In this document: positions 12,761 through 26,033 of the stretch, one piece after another
Position numbering within the stretch: position 1 is the first letter of the stretch
Layout of the letters: each line of letters starts with the position of its first letter
Source: Eledone cirrhosa
Lineage: Eukaryota
DNA length: 64,000 nucleotides
Direction of reading: 5' to 3'
Assembly (NCBI GenBank): GCA_964016885.1
Contig: OZ024742.1
Coordinates: 238,576,001-238,640,000, forward strand
Program-made: the position numbers and the translations under genes
The notes under the pieces: model-generated
Told to the model about the DNA's origin: nothing
The model's input: only the letters and a program-made list of their open reading frames with translations
The model's database searches: none

Positions 12761-13712
12761 TTTAAAAATTATGAAATTGTTTGTTGTAAAATCACATCCT
12801 GTTTACATGCCTATTATAGATGAGATGCAGCATTCTATGAAATGTAATTTCAAGAGGTCAGCTAAAACAATACAGGTTTGAGTTGTAACATCCCCAAGAC
12901 AATCCTCTATATAGATTTCCTTGCTGAAAATTGCTATCCCGTTTTCTTCATAGATGGGTAGAAGCTATAGTTTTTGACAACACACACAACTTTTAAAAAA
13001 TTATTAAGGTAGCACAGAATTGTTTTATTTATAATTATTTCTTTATCTTCAAGATATCAATCCTGTTAGTTTTTCCAATACAAAATTTAAATGTGTCATT
13101 GATTGTGACAACTGTTAGTAGCAATGGTTTCATCCCTCTGCTTGACATCTTTGGCAATTGTCATTTACCATGCCTTAAGAGTGAAATTGGGTTGACAGAA
13201 ACTGTTTAGATGCATATAGGATGGAATATACCTGTAATTAAAAGGGTCAGCCTTGTCATACAGTGTTATGCTGAATCACCCTGAGAATTATGTCTGTGGA
13301 ATGCTTAGCCACTTACACAATAATTTAGGGAGAGGCTATTCCATTGGTCTAACAACTGGAACACTCATTGCTGATATTGACAGAGGTCCACTCCAATCCA
13401 TTCCAATGTTGATTATATAGTGCAGAAATTGCCAAATTTTTCACATTGCTGACACAGTTTTTAAATATGAATTTTTTTTGATACATTTCATTAGCAACAC
13501 TAAATTAATAAATAAACAAATATCATATTACATATCACTAGTCAAGTGTATACAAAGTTGTAAAATCTCAAAAATAAACTTTACAGCTAAATATTCATAA
13601 AAATTGGTCAGATTTGAGTTCATTTTACAACACAGGCCTTATTGGCAATCTCTGGTTTAATATTTACTTTTAAAAACAACCCACTGAAACTGCCTGTACT
13701 AAAGTAGTTGTA

Positions 13713-13935
13713 ATTAACTCTTTTGTAACTATATTTCTAATAAAAGACTGCTGTTGGTTTACAATTCATTTTGAAAATTATCAAGTATCTGGAAGGATTT
13801 AGTAATGTAACTAATTTTGTCATTTCAAGCTGATGGCTGGAACATAAAATTATGACGGGAGGCTTTAGCTAAATCTAAATACTTTAAATTAAAGTTTTGT
13901 ATCACAGAATTAGGAGTAATTTGGTATCAAGAGTT
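13713..13935. mobile_element. TTAA-flanked MITE
   Basis: ttaactcttttgtaac at the left end and ggtatcaagagttaa at the right end. Confidence 0.6.
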
Positions 13936-14605
13936 AAACAAGAAACTGGATCACAATCTCATAACATGGATGACATGATATTTCAGTTGGTCAGCAATAT
14001 AATATACCGAAAGCAAAAGCGACATATTTCGCTAAAACCCTCCAATATATTGATTCTATGGCTAATTTACTCATTGGAAATATAATCAAGTAAGAGTTAA
14101 CCATACATGGTGATGATATAAGACTGTTTACAGTTATAAAAAAAGCTTCCATCAGTTTTATGTAAGAACTTTTAAGTTATGTTCCAAACATCAGCTTAAT
14201 AATAAAAATGAATTATATTACTATATCCCCCTAAATTGATTATTTTCAAAATTATTTGAAAAGCATCTCATTAGAAATATGGTAATGAAATGGTTATGTT
14301 CTAAAACTAACTAAATAAATCAGAGGTAATGTTTTTCATTAAAAATATGCTAAAACAAAAGGTTAATTGACCAAGTTAGTGAATACACACATCTCTGAAT
14401 CACCTTTATCTTAGATTGCAATCTTTCTTAATTCAGTTGCAACAAAAGCAAGTGTACTACTGGGTGCATTTATCATGGCACCAACACTAGACAGGTTGTC
14501 ATGTACTCAGCCAAACTGAAGAGTCCTCTTTTCTAAGATATTTTATTAAAAAAATGTATATATTTTAGTCAACTGTTTTAAATATGAAAGAAAAAAGAAA
14601 TTTAC

Positions 14606-14810
14606 ACCTCACACCTATATGTTTAGCTGGCCTCCTTTGAGTTTATATCTCATAGGACGTTTCTTGGTTGCTTTAATGATGGAACTCCCACTCATGAAAA
14701 GAAGCATGAAATGACGTGTCTTGCTCAAAAACAGAATGTGTCAGGCAGTGCAGGAATCGAACCCACAACCTTATGATCATTGAGTATAACCACTAGGCCA
14801 CACGCCTTCA
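14606..14810 (-). mobile_element. tRNA-SINE; its 3' part recurs at about 15950-16035
   Basis: B-box complement ggaatcgaaccc, A-box complement accactaggccac, and a shared 'gtttagctggcctcct..gagtttatatctcatag' segment. Confidence 0.65.
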
Positions 14811-16499
14811 CTGTTTTAGAAAACCATTTCTATTTTGTTTATTATCAATTAGAAGAGGACGGTGAACTGGCAACTTTAAGCTTGCAACCTTTCTTAACTT
14901 GGTCGCAACAAAAACAAGGTAAATATGAAGGAATAAGATGGCAAGGTGCATTCATTGAATTATGGGTGCGTTATTGTTATCGTAGACAGTGTTCTAATGG
15001 CGATTCTCCGATGTGCAACGCTACCTTAGCAACCGAAAGTAATTACATGAATGCAACCGAAATGTTTATACTTTCAATGTACTAAAAAAACGGGGAAAAT
15101 GTTACAGCCTATGCATTCGTAATATTAATTGATCAATGAAAAAAAAATTATATCAGAATTAATTTTCAAAGATCTGACAGGGCCCACTTAATCAGACGCA
15201 ACTAAGTGAATATAAACATAAACTTGAGAAAACGAAGCAGTCTGCTTGGTCACTCGACCCGCATAACATGTTTAGTGCTCCCTACATCCAATTTCGTTTC
15301 CTCAAACTTTCTTAATGCATATTTTATAATGAAGTTTTCAGTGGTGTCGATTACGATTAAGTTGATGAAATTGAAAAAGACCCCTCATCCCACATAGAAT
15401 TCATAGTTGTAGAAATGACATATTCGTATAGAAAGATCTACATTATCCTGCTGATTAATATGATTATCAACATTAAGTTAGAAGACACGATGGAAAAAAC
15501 TTCTTAGTTTACGTTTACATGCTACTACAAACACAAATTGAACGTATTCAGTAATAAAAGTATCGACAAACGGAAGTATATGATGTATTATGTTCCTTTC
15601 TTTTGTAGGAAATCGTAATATGGTCATTATATAAAATCGCTTTTATTTATTATTTATTAGATTTTAATTTAAATAGGAACTCTGGTGGTTTAGGTTCCAT
15701 TGAACTAAAACCAGTTTTGGTCGAATTGGTATCAAAAGAGTTAAAAAGTAAGACATCCGATAATATAGTCCTAGTTAGCAAAAATAAAATGACAGGTGGT
15801 CACAGTTGAAGTACCAACACAACAACACAACTTAGTGGTTTAGCAACAAAATTCGCCTCCATGATAGAGAGGATTTTATCAAAAGCATTCAGAACCTACA
15901 TTTTAAACTTTCTAACAACTTTGCTATCAGAAAAAAAATAATAATAATAAAATTTACAGCTCACACCGATTTATGTTTAGCTGGCCTCCTATGAGTTTAT
16001 ATCTCATAGATTTCTTGGTTGCTTTAATGATGGGACCCCCCAGTCATTTTCCTTCACTCGAGATTTATTGACAACGATAGACTATATTGATAGAATCTAT
16101 TGGAGTTATGTAATATTTTTAGCGTTCTTTCGTTTTAAGTAGACAGCAATCGTAGTACATAATAAACAAAATGAAAATGAACGGTATCTGTGTAAGTAAA
16201 ATCGGAATGATTAATTATTAGAAAAACAACGCCTTTAAATTAAATTCTGTTTAATGAGTAAAGAAAATCATTGAAATTGATTTAAATGTTAAAATGGAAT
16301 TACTAATCGGAGACTACTGTCTTGTCTACTTTAAACGAAAGAAAGTGGTATTTATATTAATTTTAAAAATATATATTTGTTTTTCTTTGAGCTGCATTTC
16401 AGTGTCTGTGTATGTATGTATGTACCCGTAACTACCGGTGGAGTAGTTGCATACGGCGTATCTTGGGCATTTTAAGCTTGAACACACAAGATTTCTTCA

Positions 16500-16680
16500 G
16501 CGAAAGAAAGGGATATAGAGAAAGAATCGATACCAGTACTGTATTGATACTTTTTTTATCGACCTCCAAATGATTGAAAGACCACGGCGGGATTTGAATT
16601 CAGGATACAGAGAGCTGGAACGAATCTTACAAAGCATTCTATAGATTGTTCTAACAACCGTGCCAATTCGTCGCGCTTCA
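16500..16680 (-). mobile_element. Decayed octopus-type tRNA-SINE
   Basis: 'ttttatcgacc...cggcgggatttgaa.tcag...gcatt...tctaac...tgcca'. Confidence 0.5.
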
Positions 16681-19045
16681 CATCATGGCAACTTCCATAT
16701 TCCCAGTCGGTACTGCTTCAATTCAAATCGGCAATGCCCTTGAGATAAACATAAATATTAAGACATGCCGTTTCCTCAGCAGTTTTCCTGCTTACGCTAG
16801 AAAGTATGGGTATATCCCGAATGATGAAGATGAAAATATCTCGTCAGTTTCACCAGATATATGAACTGCGGTACTGAGACCGAGAAGACATCACACAGAC
16901 ACGATTATATGTTAAGGTATAGAACTGGTATAGTACTTAAGATCCCAACGGATTTTACCAATTTTATGCATACACACACATCAATTTCATTAAAAAAACA
17001 CGAGAAATACACGCATACAAACACAAATATATATGTGCGTGAGTGTTAGGCAAACTGATGTAGAGAGAAAGTCGAATATACATCTATATTGTACATGATC
17101 TTACACCTTCCATTTTATCGTTACTTTCCGACGAATTTGGAGGTCAGATTCGTTGAAAACACGAAAGGAAAATGGGGGAAAAATTCCCACCAAAGAAATT
17201 TCTGAGGGTCCTCCCTCCTCCGTTTTCTAAAAATTGAGTCGTTTTCGACTCATTTGGAAGTCAAATTCATTGAAAACGCGCGGAAAAAAAAAACTAGAAA
17301 AAAAGAATTTCCCACCGAACAACTGAGGGGCGTTCTGTAAATTTACCGACAGTCGCCAGAGATGCCAGTGGGATCAAACCCGGAAGCTCCTGCTTATGAG
17401 GGACTCAATATATTAACGTTACTGCAATCCCTATATAAAGCGTTATAATAAATAAGGTTGAACATTGCCGCCGACAGCAGCAATATTACAAATATATATA
17501 TATATATATATATATTTAATATGGCAAAATATATTCGGTTTGTTGAAAAGCCATCACAATGCATATGAGCTATACATAATAATAGTTGGATATGGAGAAA
17601 AAGTGGACAGAGCTGTCTGTGGGAATAATAAACACCGGAATAAACACAAAGTACTTTTTAATGTGTAATGACAAAACTGAGATATCAATCTATTTTATAT
17701 AAATATTTCAATAATTGATGGTAAAGATATCTAAAAATAGTATGTCAAACAACAAATAAAAGTATAGAACACGTGCTCGGTAGCCTCTCTTCAAAATATA
17801 ATTCATACGGTAAAAACAAGGAGGGGGTAATTAGCATTATTCTATAACCAATTGACTAGTTTATTATTTGTTCTAAAACACAACCCGCAGACATTCATTC
17901 TATCATTTGAACTATACTGTTTTATCATGGATGATTAAAAACAAAACAAAAGCAATGTCAGGAATCGGTTGAGCGCCGAACAAAACCAAAATCACTTGTA
18001 GTAGTTATATTACAAGTATCTTTGTTTTAAATTCAAATCCTGATCGATTAAGTTGACTGTTTCCTATATATATATATATATACACACACACACAAAGCGG
18101 TCTTGTGTTTGTTAGCGGTAATACTGATATAGGAAGTACATTATAGCAGGCGGACCAATTATTACATTGAATAACTTACGACCATTTTAGAAACAGCAAA
18201 TTCCCAACCAACTTAATAATGAAAAACAAAAATAGTCACATAAGCCACGGTAGCCCTAAATATACAAAAAATACCGGTAGGTCATTGCTGGAAATCTCTT
18301 TATAGGTCTGCCTGTTCAATTAGAACTAACCTGGGGTTAAACATACCGATTTCTGTTTAATATAAACTCAGAAAGGTTTGTTTTTAATTACTGAATCGTG
18401 AAATGAAATAATTTTCAAAGACTAAGAATTGGGCATTCAACCGCGCAATATATAAATATACAATGTTAGAGAAACGGTGACTTGATTGTTGATCGGTTTC
18501 CGACGTCGTTGTACCTAGGATATTTCAGAAACCCGAATTTGAGGTTTTAAGGGGATAGGATACATATATAAATATATACATATGTATTTGTGTGTCCGTG
18601 GATATATAGTATGTGAGCGAAGGAAAATGCTACTAGCTTTCAATGATACAACACAAAGAGAGCAAAGAAAATATATATTTCGTTTCATATATCAATGATT
18701 TATAGTTAAGGTATAATACTAGAATTATTATTATTGGGAAGTTATTCTATTTCCCAAACAATGATAAAAGATTTTACATACGAAATGAATAGTCATTTGA
18801 AAGAACCATATCTATATATATATATGAGAGAGAGAGTATTGCAAATAATCCCTAACACAATTTATTTTACCATGAGACATCCACTATCTGATATCTGGTC
18901 TTATAATTCCAACTTACCATCGTAACTACTACTAGCTTTCTTTCGAGTTAAAAAAGAAAACTTCAAACTAGCAAAAATTCACATTATGTATATATATATA
19001 TATGCCTGCGTATGTGTGTGTGTATATATATATATATAAAAATAT

Positions 19046-19078
<33 letters not shown>

Positions 19079-19543
19079 AATATATATATATATAAATATA
19101 TATATATATAAATATATATATAGAGAGAGATAGATATATAAATATATGTATATAGTGTGTGTATGTAAATATGCGTGTTGAGGGAGTTGTTCGGGGATTT
19201 TCCTCGACGTATTAGCTAAATTCTTGCAGTCGGTTTGTAGAGTAAATATATATAATGGCTTACAGAGAACATAAAAGACAGCTTATGAATCCTTTAGCTT
19301 AACTACTATACTGGGTCTATTTTGTTGGTTTTCTTGTTTCATTTTTGGCTGGCCAAGATTTTATACAGTAGAACTGAGTCACGGTTAAAAGCTTAAGAAA
19401 CGCACACACACATATACACCACCATAAATCAAATCTCTAATAAGCTGCAACGCCAACATGAGAAACAAATATTACAATGGAGTGAAATAGGTAAAGCATT
19501 TGTGTAGCTCTTAACCTCAATAAACAAGTGAAATAACACTTAC

Positions 19544-19561
19544 ATGCGCATCATTAGCCAT
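19544..19561 (-). CDS. SBNO1: SBNO1-like coding exon 1 (MANDAH)
   Basis: ACAATGG start context, 18 coding nt, then GTAAGT. Phase 0 joins exon 2 across a 12.16-kb intron. Confidence 0.65.
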
Positions 19562-19799
19562 TGTTTCTCCGCTAAGGTTGTAGCGTTGCACATCAGAGAA
19601 TCGCCATTAGAACACTGAATGGGATAACAAGAGCGCACCCATAATTCAATGCGCCACAATGTTGAAAAAAAAAATGTGTCAATAAATTTTAGTCGGAGTT
19701 ACATTAGAAAAATTTCATCAAAATTATTTTAAAATTTATTTTAAAACGAGGACTGAATTAAGGGAAGGAAAATTTGTTCATAAAATTTTTTAAAATCTG

Positions 19800-20340
19800 A
19801 TTCTCTCGTAATAGTCGTTTCACCACTTCTCTAACTGGAGATGGCGGAAAACCAGCAGCAACAGAGGTGGAGAGATAAGAAAACGTCATTTCATATATTT
19901 TTTTAATAATAATTCTAGCTTATTGTATCACTCGAAATACCTAAATAATATTTTGAATGGAAAACATTTTTTAAATCTTTCAATTTTTAACACGTAACAA
20001 TGTAAAAGAGAAGAAAAAAATTCGTTGCTTTTGCAACGTTTAAATATTCACTCCGTAACTATAATATTTTAATTTGAGTTTACGTAAAAAAAAATAATAA
20101 ATAAACAAATTTATTCGTTTACTCTATTTTTGACTTTCAGATGTAATATCAACCCTGATTTTTCAAGAGATGACAGATTTTTATAAAAATAAAAATAATA
20201 AGACAAGAAAATATTTTAATATCGGTTTAAAATAGACCAATCAGAAAGCAAATAAAGAAAATCGAAGTTTCTAGTTGGGTGGTAATGGCGTTTACCTTTC
20301 TGGGAAGGAACATCAGACGCCACCTGCTGTTACCGTCCAT
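19800..20340. promoter_or_regulatory. Putative (bidirectional) promoter: YY1-like AGATGGCGG 19839-19847, NF-Y GACCAATCAG 20235-20244, CTCF-like ACGCCACCTGCTG 20317-20329
   Basis: Motif matches found by eye just upstream of exon 1, in a CpG-retaining region. Confidence 0.5.
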
Positions 20341-20558
20341 TGTGGAGTAAAACCCAACAGACTATGGTGCCTTTCTCAAAATTTATCCACCGCCGTGCTA
20401 GTATTTTTATCGAAATTATTTAAGCACGTTTATCATCATATTCCTAATGAATCTCTTTTGAAAGAAGCCAAATTATATATAAGACTTCGTCATCATTCAT
20501 TCAAAAGATACGCTTATTATTATTATACATACGAAAGAACAAAAACTGATCACACAAA

Positions 20559-20568
20559 ATGCCTATTC
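20559..20568 (+). CDS. Possible first coding micro-exon (M-P-I) of a divergent gene
   Basis: CAAAATGCCTATTC|GTAAGT downstream of the CCAAT box. No second exon was found in the window. Confidence 0.3.
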
Positions 20569-21158
20569 GTAAGTTGAAAAACTCTTGTTATTTTCTGATA
20601 CTGTTAACCACCGAACAGCTTTCAGTTTGAATGCTTTCTTCTTTGCAGCCTCTTAACTTTACTCAGTATTTTAGTGACGTAAACACTTTTAAGAAACTTT
20701 TCTTGTTTTTGTTCTTTCATAATACAATGCACGTTTATGTAATTATATAATGCCTATATATATATAATATATATATATATACACACACACATTGTGTATA
20801 TGTAATGGCTTTCTAAATAGTATGTATTGTTGGTTTCATTTCGTCTTTTTCAGTAAATATTATTTTTCATTATGTAAAGTATTCATACATGTTATCTGCT
20901 TTTGTCCCCCTCCCCTTTAAAGGGTCTTTAAGATTTAAATTAGTTTTATGTGAAATTATTTGCGATCATGTGATGATCCAAACAGCTCTTAGGGTGACTT
21001 CTTTTTCTTCTCATTGTAATTATGAAATTGTGGTGATCAACTAGTAAGTTTCTAACTTTTCTGTGACAATTTAACAAATTTCCTTTATTAACGGATTTCC
21101 TTTATTTAAAAAAAAATGACATTAACACCTGGAGTCTGTCCTTTCCCGCCACTTCAAT

Positions 21159-21193
<35 letters not shown>

Positions 21194-21989
21194 CATTTGT
21201 GTGAATGTATATATATAAATATATATTTGTGTGAATGTATGTATGTATATATATACATATATAATGAAAATATGAAATTTATAGTTCAGACCTACGCAGG
21301 TTTATCTGGCCTCAAGGTTTCTTGGGTGTTAACGATAGAGGCCTCATTTATGTGTCTCTCCTTTGTTCTATCCTACACTATATGTATGTATGTATATATA
21401 AATATATATAAATATATATATATAATTCAGTCACTCAATGAAAGCCTTTTGTTTACTTAGAATAAATGAACCCTAAAAATGTGAACCTTGTCTTTTATGT
21501 CATTGTATTGTGTATGATTCAAAAAAATATTTTTTCCAAGAACCCCTGTTTAAAATCCCTTGCCCATACTCAGAATCACCACCTTCCCCAGCCATCAAAA
21601 CGTAAATACAACCATATTACTTTGACAGTTGGCTTTCTTGTTGATTTCTTTCGAATGAAACAGTTCTAGTCCTGTAGAAGCTATTTCTATAATAAATGTG
21701 TTGTGTGTGTATGTATATATAATATATATGTGTGTGTTTTGAAACGGTTAGCTAGTTTAAAATTAGAAAATAGAAGCTTTGGCCCTATTTTTTTTTTTTT
21801 TTTTTTTTCTACTAAAGAAATCTTAGCCTGGTAGTGGGGTTTAGAACCCTCCAAGAAATGGAAAAAGATGAGTATTGACGTATCCACTTTTCTAAAACAA
21901 AGTATATCACACACAAAGCACCAGCATCAACAGTTTTCCAAGAGATGGCAACATGAATAGACATGTTATTTTTCTCTAAAAATTTTTTC

Positions 21990-22160
21990 CCTGATTCCGC
22001 CCTGCCTGTCCCTTCAATTTTCTAATTTCTCATTCTTTCTTCTGATGAAGCACTAGCGCCCGAAACGTTAAGACTCTCTTCCTGCTATTTCAAGCGTTAA
22101 CCTAATATATTCCTTCCATATACTCTACCGATTGTTATTTCTGTTTACCTTTTACACACG
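21990..22160 (+). mobile_element. Short hammerhead-bearing element (HHR motif 22038-22073, intact core)
   Basis: TCTT CTGATGA A GCAC TAGC GCCC GAAAC GTT AAGA, with two mismatches in stem II. Confidence 0.7.
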
Positions 22161-22479
22161 CACGCGCACACGAGTAACATTAAGAAAGACGTTGATGTTA
22201 CATAAATCGTTCATTCGTTATAATTATTTCAAATGAAAATCCGATTATGTGATATTCAGCAGCCCTCCAAAAAGTATGTACTTCTGTACCCAGTACACAA
22301 GAAGGACGTCTTATTTTTCTAGAAATATATATATCAGTGTGTGTATATATATATATATGTGTAGGTCCGTCGAGAGTGGAATGTACTGTTTCCAGTGCCT
22401 TCATCTTTGCGCCAATCACTTATGGGTTTTTTTTTTTCTTTTAGCGATTTTCAATTTTACAGCAGTGCCGGGTTGCTGG

Positions 22480-24172
22480 CTTGCCACCAGTATTTGCCTG
22501 TTCTTTGCTCACAGCAAGATTCTGCCAGATTGGAGGGAGACCAGGGGGAAAGAGATATCGCATGCTGCCAAATCGACCAACTAGTAAAGCTAAGCTGCCG
22601 ACGGGACAAATGCGTCTGGTTGGAGAAAAAAGGTGCTGAGGCAGAGGAAGCTGCTGGTCACGACACGAAAACACTGTGAGGGGGGTTGACAGGAGTGTTG
22701 AGCGGTGCCAACATGCCAGAGAAGGACAAAAAAGGCAAGACGTTCACCACTGAAGCAGAACAGAACTAGAGATAGATGGAGCACTTCCAGTAGATGCTGA
22801 TCCAACCAAATCCTGTCACCCTGATAGACTTGACCGCAAAGACTCCAGCAACTGCTGTGGTACTCAAGGTCTGCGAAGACCAAATCACCAAGCAGAAGAT
22901 GAGAGATGCTATCAGCGACTTGAAAAACGGCAAATGAGATCTCTACAGAATTGCTCAAATTTGGTAAGGATAGCATGATACAAAATTTATGAACCCATGC
23001 TGGAGGGTTGATCGAGTACCTCTTGAGTGGCAACGTGGTGTCATCGTCCAACTGCCGAAGAAGGGAAACCTGGCGGACTGCAACAACTGGCGTGGTATCG
23101 TATTGCTGTCAGTCGTATTGCTGCATTGATCTGTGCTCCAGGAAGAACAAGCCGGCTTCCAAAACAATCGATCTTCACACTACACATCCTCGAACAATAG
23201 ATTGAGCTCCAGCACCCTTTGGCGGTCAACTTCATTGATTTCCAGAAGGCATTCGACAGTGTGCATCGAGAATCACTGTGGAATAACGCACACTCGTACA
23301 GTATTCCTACAAGATTCATCTCCATTTTTAAGGCCCTGTACCCAAACTCCAGCTGCTGGATGTGAACTGAGTCGGGTGTGATGGAGTTCTTTGACATTGT
23401 CTCCGGAGTCAGACAGGGTTGCATTCTCTCTCTGCTGTTGGCAGCCAATTTCATGCTAAGGCAAACAGATGAAGGACCCGGTTGAGGAATACCATGGAGA
23501 GGCCGGTCAAGGCTGATGGACCTGGCATTTGCCAACAACATCGCTTTGATCGCTGAAGACAGTGCAGATCTGCAACCCTAACATCCCTACAAGAGAGTGT
23601 GGAAAACATTGGCCTGAGAATCAACACCAAAAAGACCAAGGAGATGAGGACAACCAACAACACAGGTACAGTGATAAGTCAACTAACAAGACCTGGAAGA
23701 AGTCAATCACTTCACCTATCTGGGAAGCATGCTGGTAAGCAATGGCAACATGGGACACGACATCAACTGTCGGATCAGCAAAGGAGCCGCAGTTTTCCAG
23801 CGGTTTCGCCCAGTCTGGTCGTCTTTCAATCATCAAATCCAGGATCAAGCTGCATCTGTATAAGAGCTTTACGCGAGTGAAACCAGGAAGAACACAGCGA
23901 AGATAGACGGCTGAACGCTTTCCACCAGTGGTGCCTGCGAATGATCCTTCGTGTGTCCTGGTGCAACCGAGTGCAAAATGAGGAAATCCTGCGGAGAGCC
24001 GAGTCGTGGATGGTCACGGAGTGCCGTTGCCGTCTGGCTGATTGTGTTCTGCACCTGGCGACAAACATTCCGAAAAGACCTGATGGCAGCCAACATCACT
24101 TGGCACAGACGCAACTTTTGGTAAGTACTTACTACTCAATGTGCAGAGCTGCATGGAAGAACCTAAGACTAA
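22480..24172 (+). mobile_element. Degenerate RTE LINE of a distinct lineage (no PHD insert)
   Basis: LPKKGNLADCNNWRG, EQAGF, NFIDFQKAFDSVHR, GVRQGCILS, GLRINTKKTK and FTYLGS motifs spread over several frames, ending in a (CTAAGA)2 tail. Confidence 0.85.
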
Positions 24173-24304
24173 GATGTATATATATATATGTGTGTATGTA
24201 TGTGTATATGTATGTGTGTGTGTATGTATGTGTATATGTATGTATGTGTGTGTATATGTATGTGTGTGTGTATATATATGCATGTATGTGTGTGTGTGTA
24301 TACA

Positions 24305-26033
24305 CATCATCATCATCATCATCATCATCATACGTCCGCTTTTCCCTGCTTGCAAAGGTGGGACGGGTCTTATTCAGCACAGCATCTGTCCACTTATCAC
24401 GGTCCTTCATCATCTCCACCGTGAACTTCAGCGATCTGAGGTCTGTTCTCACCATCTCCGCCCATGTTTTTCGTGGTCTACTTCTACCACGTCTTCCTTC
24501 AACTGGCATTTCCTGGCACTTCTTCACCCATCGGTCAACCTCCATGCGCATCACATGTCGATACCATCTCAGTCTCCTCTCTCGCACACTACATTCTATC
24601 CCTCTCAGACACAGTTTCTCTGTCAGTATATTCATGCTGGGTCGTTCACCCACATTGACATTGCACATCCAACGGAGCATGCTTGCCTCATTTCTCTCCT
24701 CTGCAGTTGCTGCCCATGTCTCACTACCATGCAGCATCGTGCTCCTCACACAGGCATCATATAACCGGCCTTTCGTAAGCAGGGAGAAAACCTTCATCAA
24801 CAGAGGAAGCAGCTCCCTGAACTTCTTCCAACCCGTCCTTATTCTAGATACTATGGCCTCGGAACACACTCCTCTCATGCTAACCTGATCTCCTAGGTAC
24901 CACCACTTCTATAGCACCCGCCTGCATTTGAAAATTGTGTCTATCAATGTGACTTCTACTGCCTAATTTCCCTGTACATCTACTGCATATGTATTTCTCC
25001 ATACCTGTTGTGTACCCAGGATCTGCATTTTGTGCATTTTGTAGAATTTATGCCAGTTCCTTTTCTGCATATCGAACATGGCCATTTCCCTGACGGAATC
25101 AGTTTTGTCCTCTTAGCTAGGTTCACTCTCAATCCTCTTGCTTCCAACTGCTGTTTCCATAGCCAGAATTTATTCTCTAGCTCCGCTACTGATTCTGCTA
25201 TAAGAACCAGATCGTCAGCATAGAGAAGTTCCCATGGACAACCAGTCTTAAACTCATCTGTTATGGCTTGGCGGACTATAATGAACAAGAGCGGGCTGAG
25301 GACTGAACCTTGATGTACTCCTACTTGTATCTGGAATTCCTCACTAAACTCTATTCCTACGCTAACTTTACTGACAGCACCTCTGTACAAAGTTTGCACT
25401 GTCCTCACAAGCCATTCCTCAACACCTAGTTTCCTTAGGGACCACCAGATGACAGATCGGGGTACCCTATCAAAGGCCTTCTCTAGGTCAACAAAGGCTA
25501 AGTATAGTGGCTTATTCTTCTCTAAGAACCTCTCTTGTAATTGTCTCACCAAGAAGAGGGCATCTGTTGTACTTTTCCCAGGTACAAAACCAAACTGCAT
25601 CTCATCTAGTTTGACCCTTTGTGCTAATATCCTTTCTGCCACTTTCATAACCTGATCCATCAGTTTTATACCCCTATAACTGCTCCTCTCCAGAACATCC
25701 CCTTTACCTTTGTAGCAATTTATGAGAATACTGCCGCACCAGTCTTTGGGTATGACACCACCATATATAGCCCAATTGATGATGCGTGCAACCAGTTTAG
25801 TTCCTACGTCCCCTGATGCCTTCAGCATCTCAGCAACTATCATCAATGGTCCAGCAGCCTTATCATTTTTTATTTCCTTAATCGCCTCTTGGACCCTATA
25901 TTCGTCAATCTCCAGAGCTGGTCCCTCTATTGGATCTACTGAGACTAATTTCTCTCTCTTCCATTCGTTCTCCACATTCATCACTCTCTCGTCAAGACAT
26001 TTCCAGGATTCCTTTTTCTGATCATTTGTGACA
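24305..26033 (-). mobile_element. RTE-A LINE, 5'-truncated, with internal deletions
   Basis: RT motifs [22 protein letters not shown] and LYADD, with a (GAT)n tail. Close homologue of 32791-34610. Confidence 0.95.

Noticed and set aside
19841-19906. Plus-strand ORF start ATGGCGGAAAACCAG
   Set aside because: It stops after about 21 codons with no good splice donor, and is better explained as a YY1 motif.
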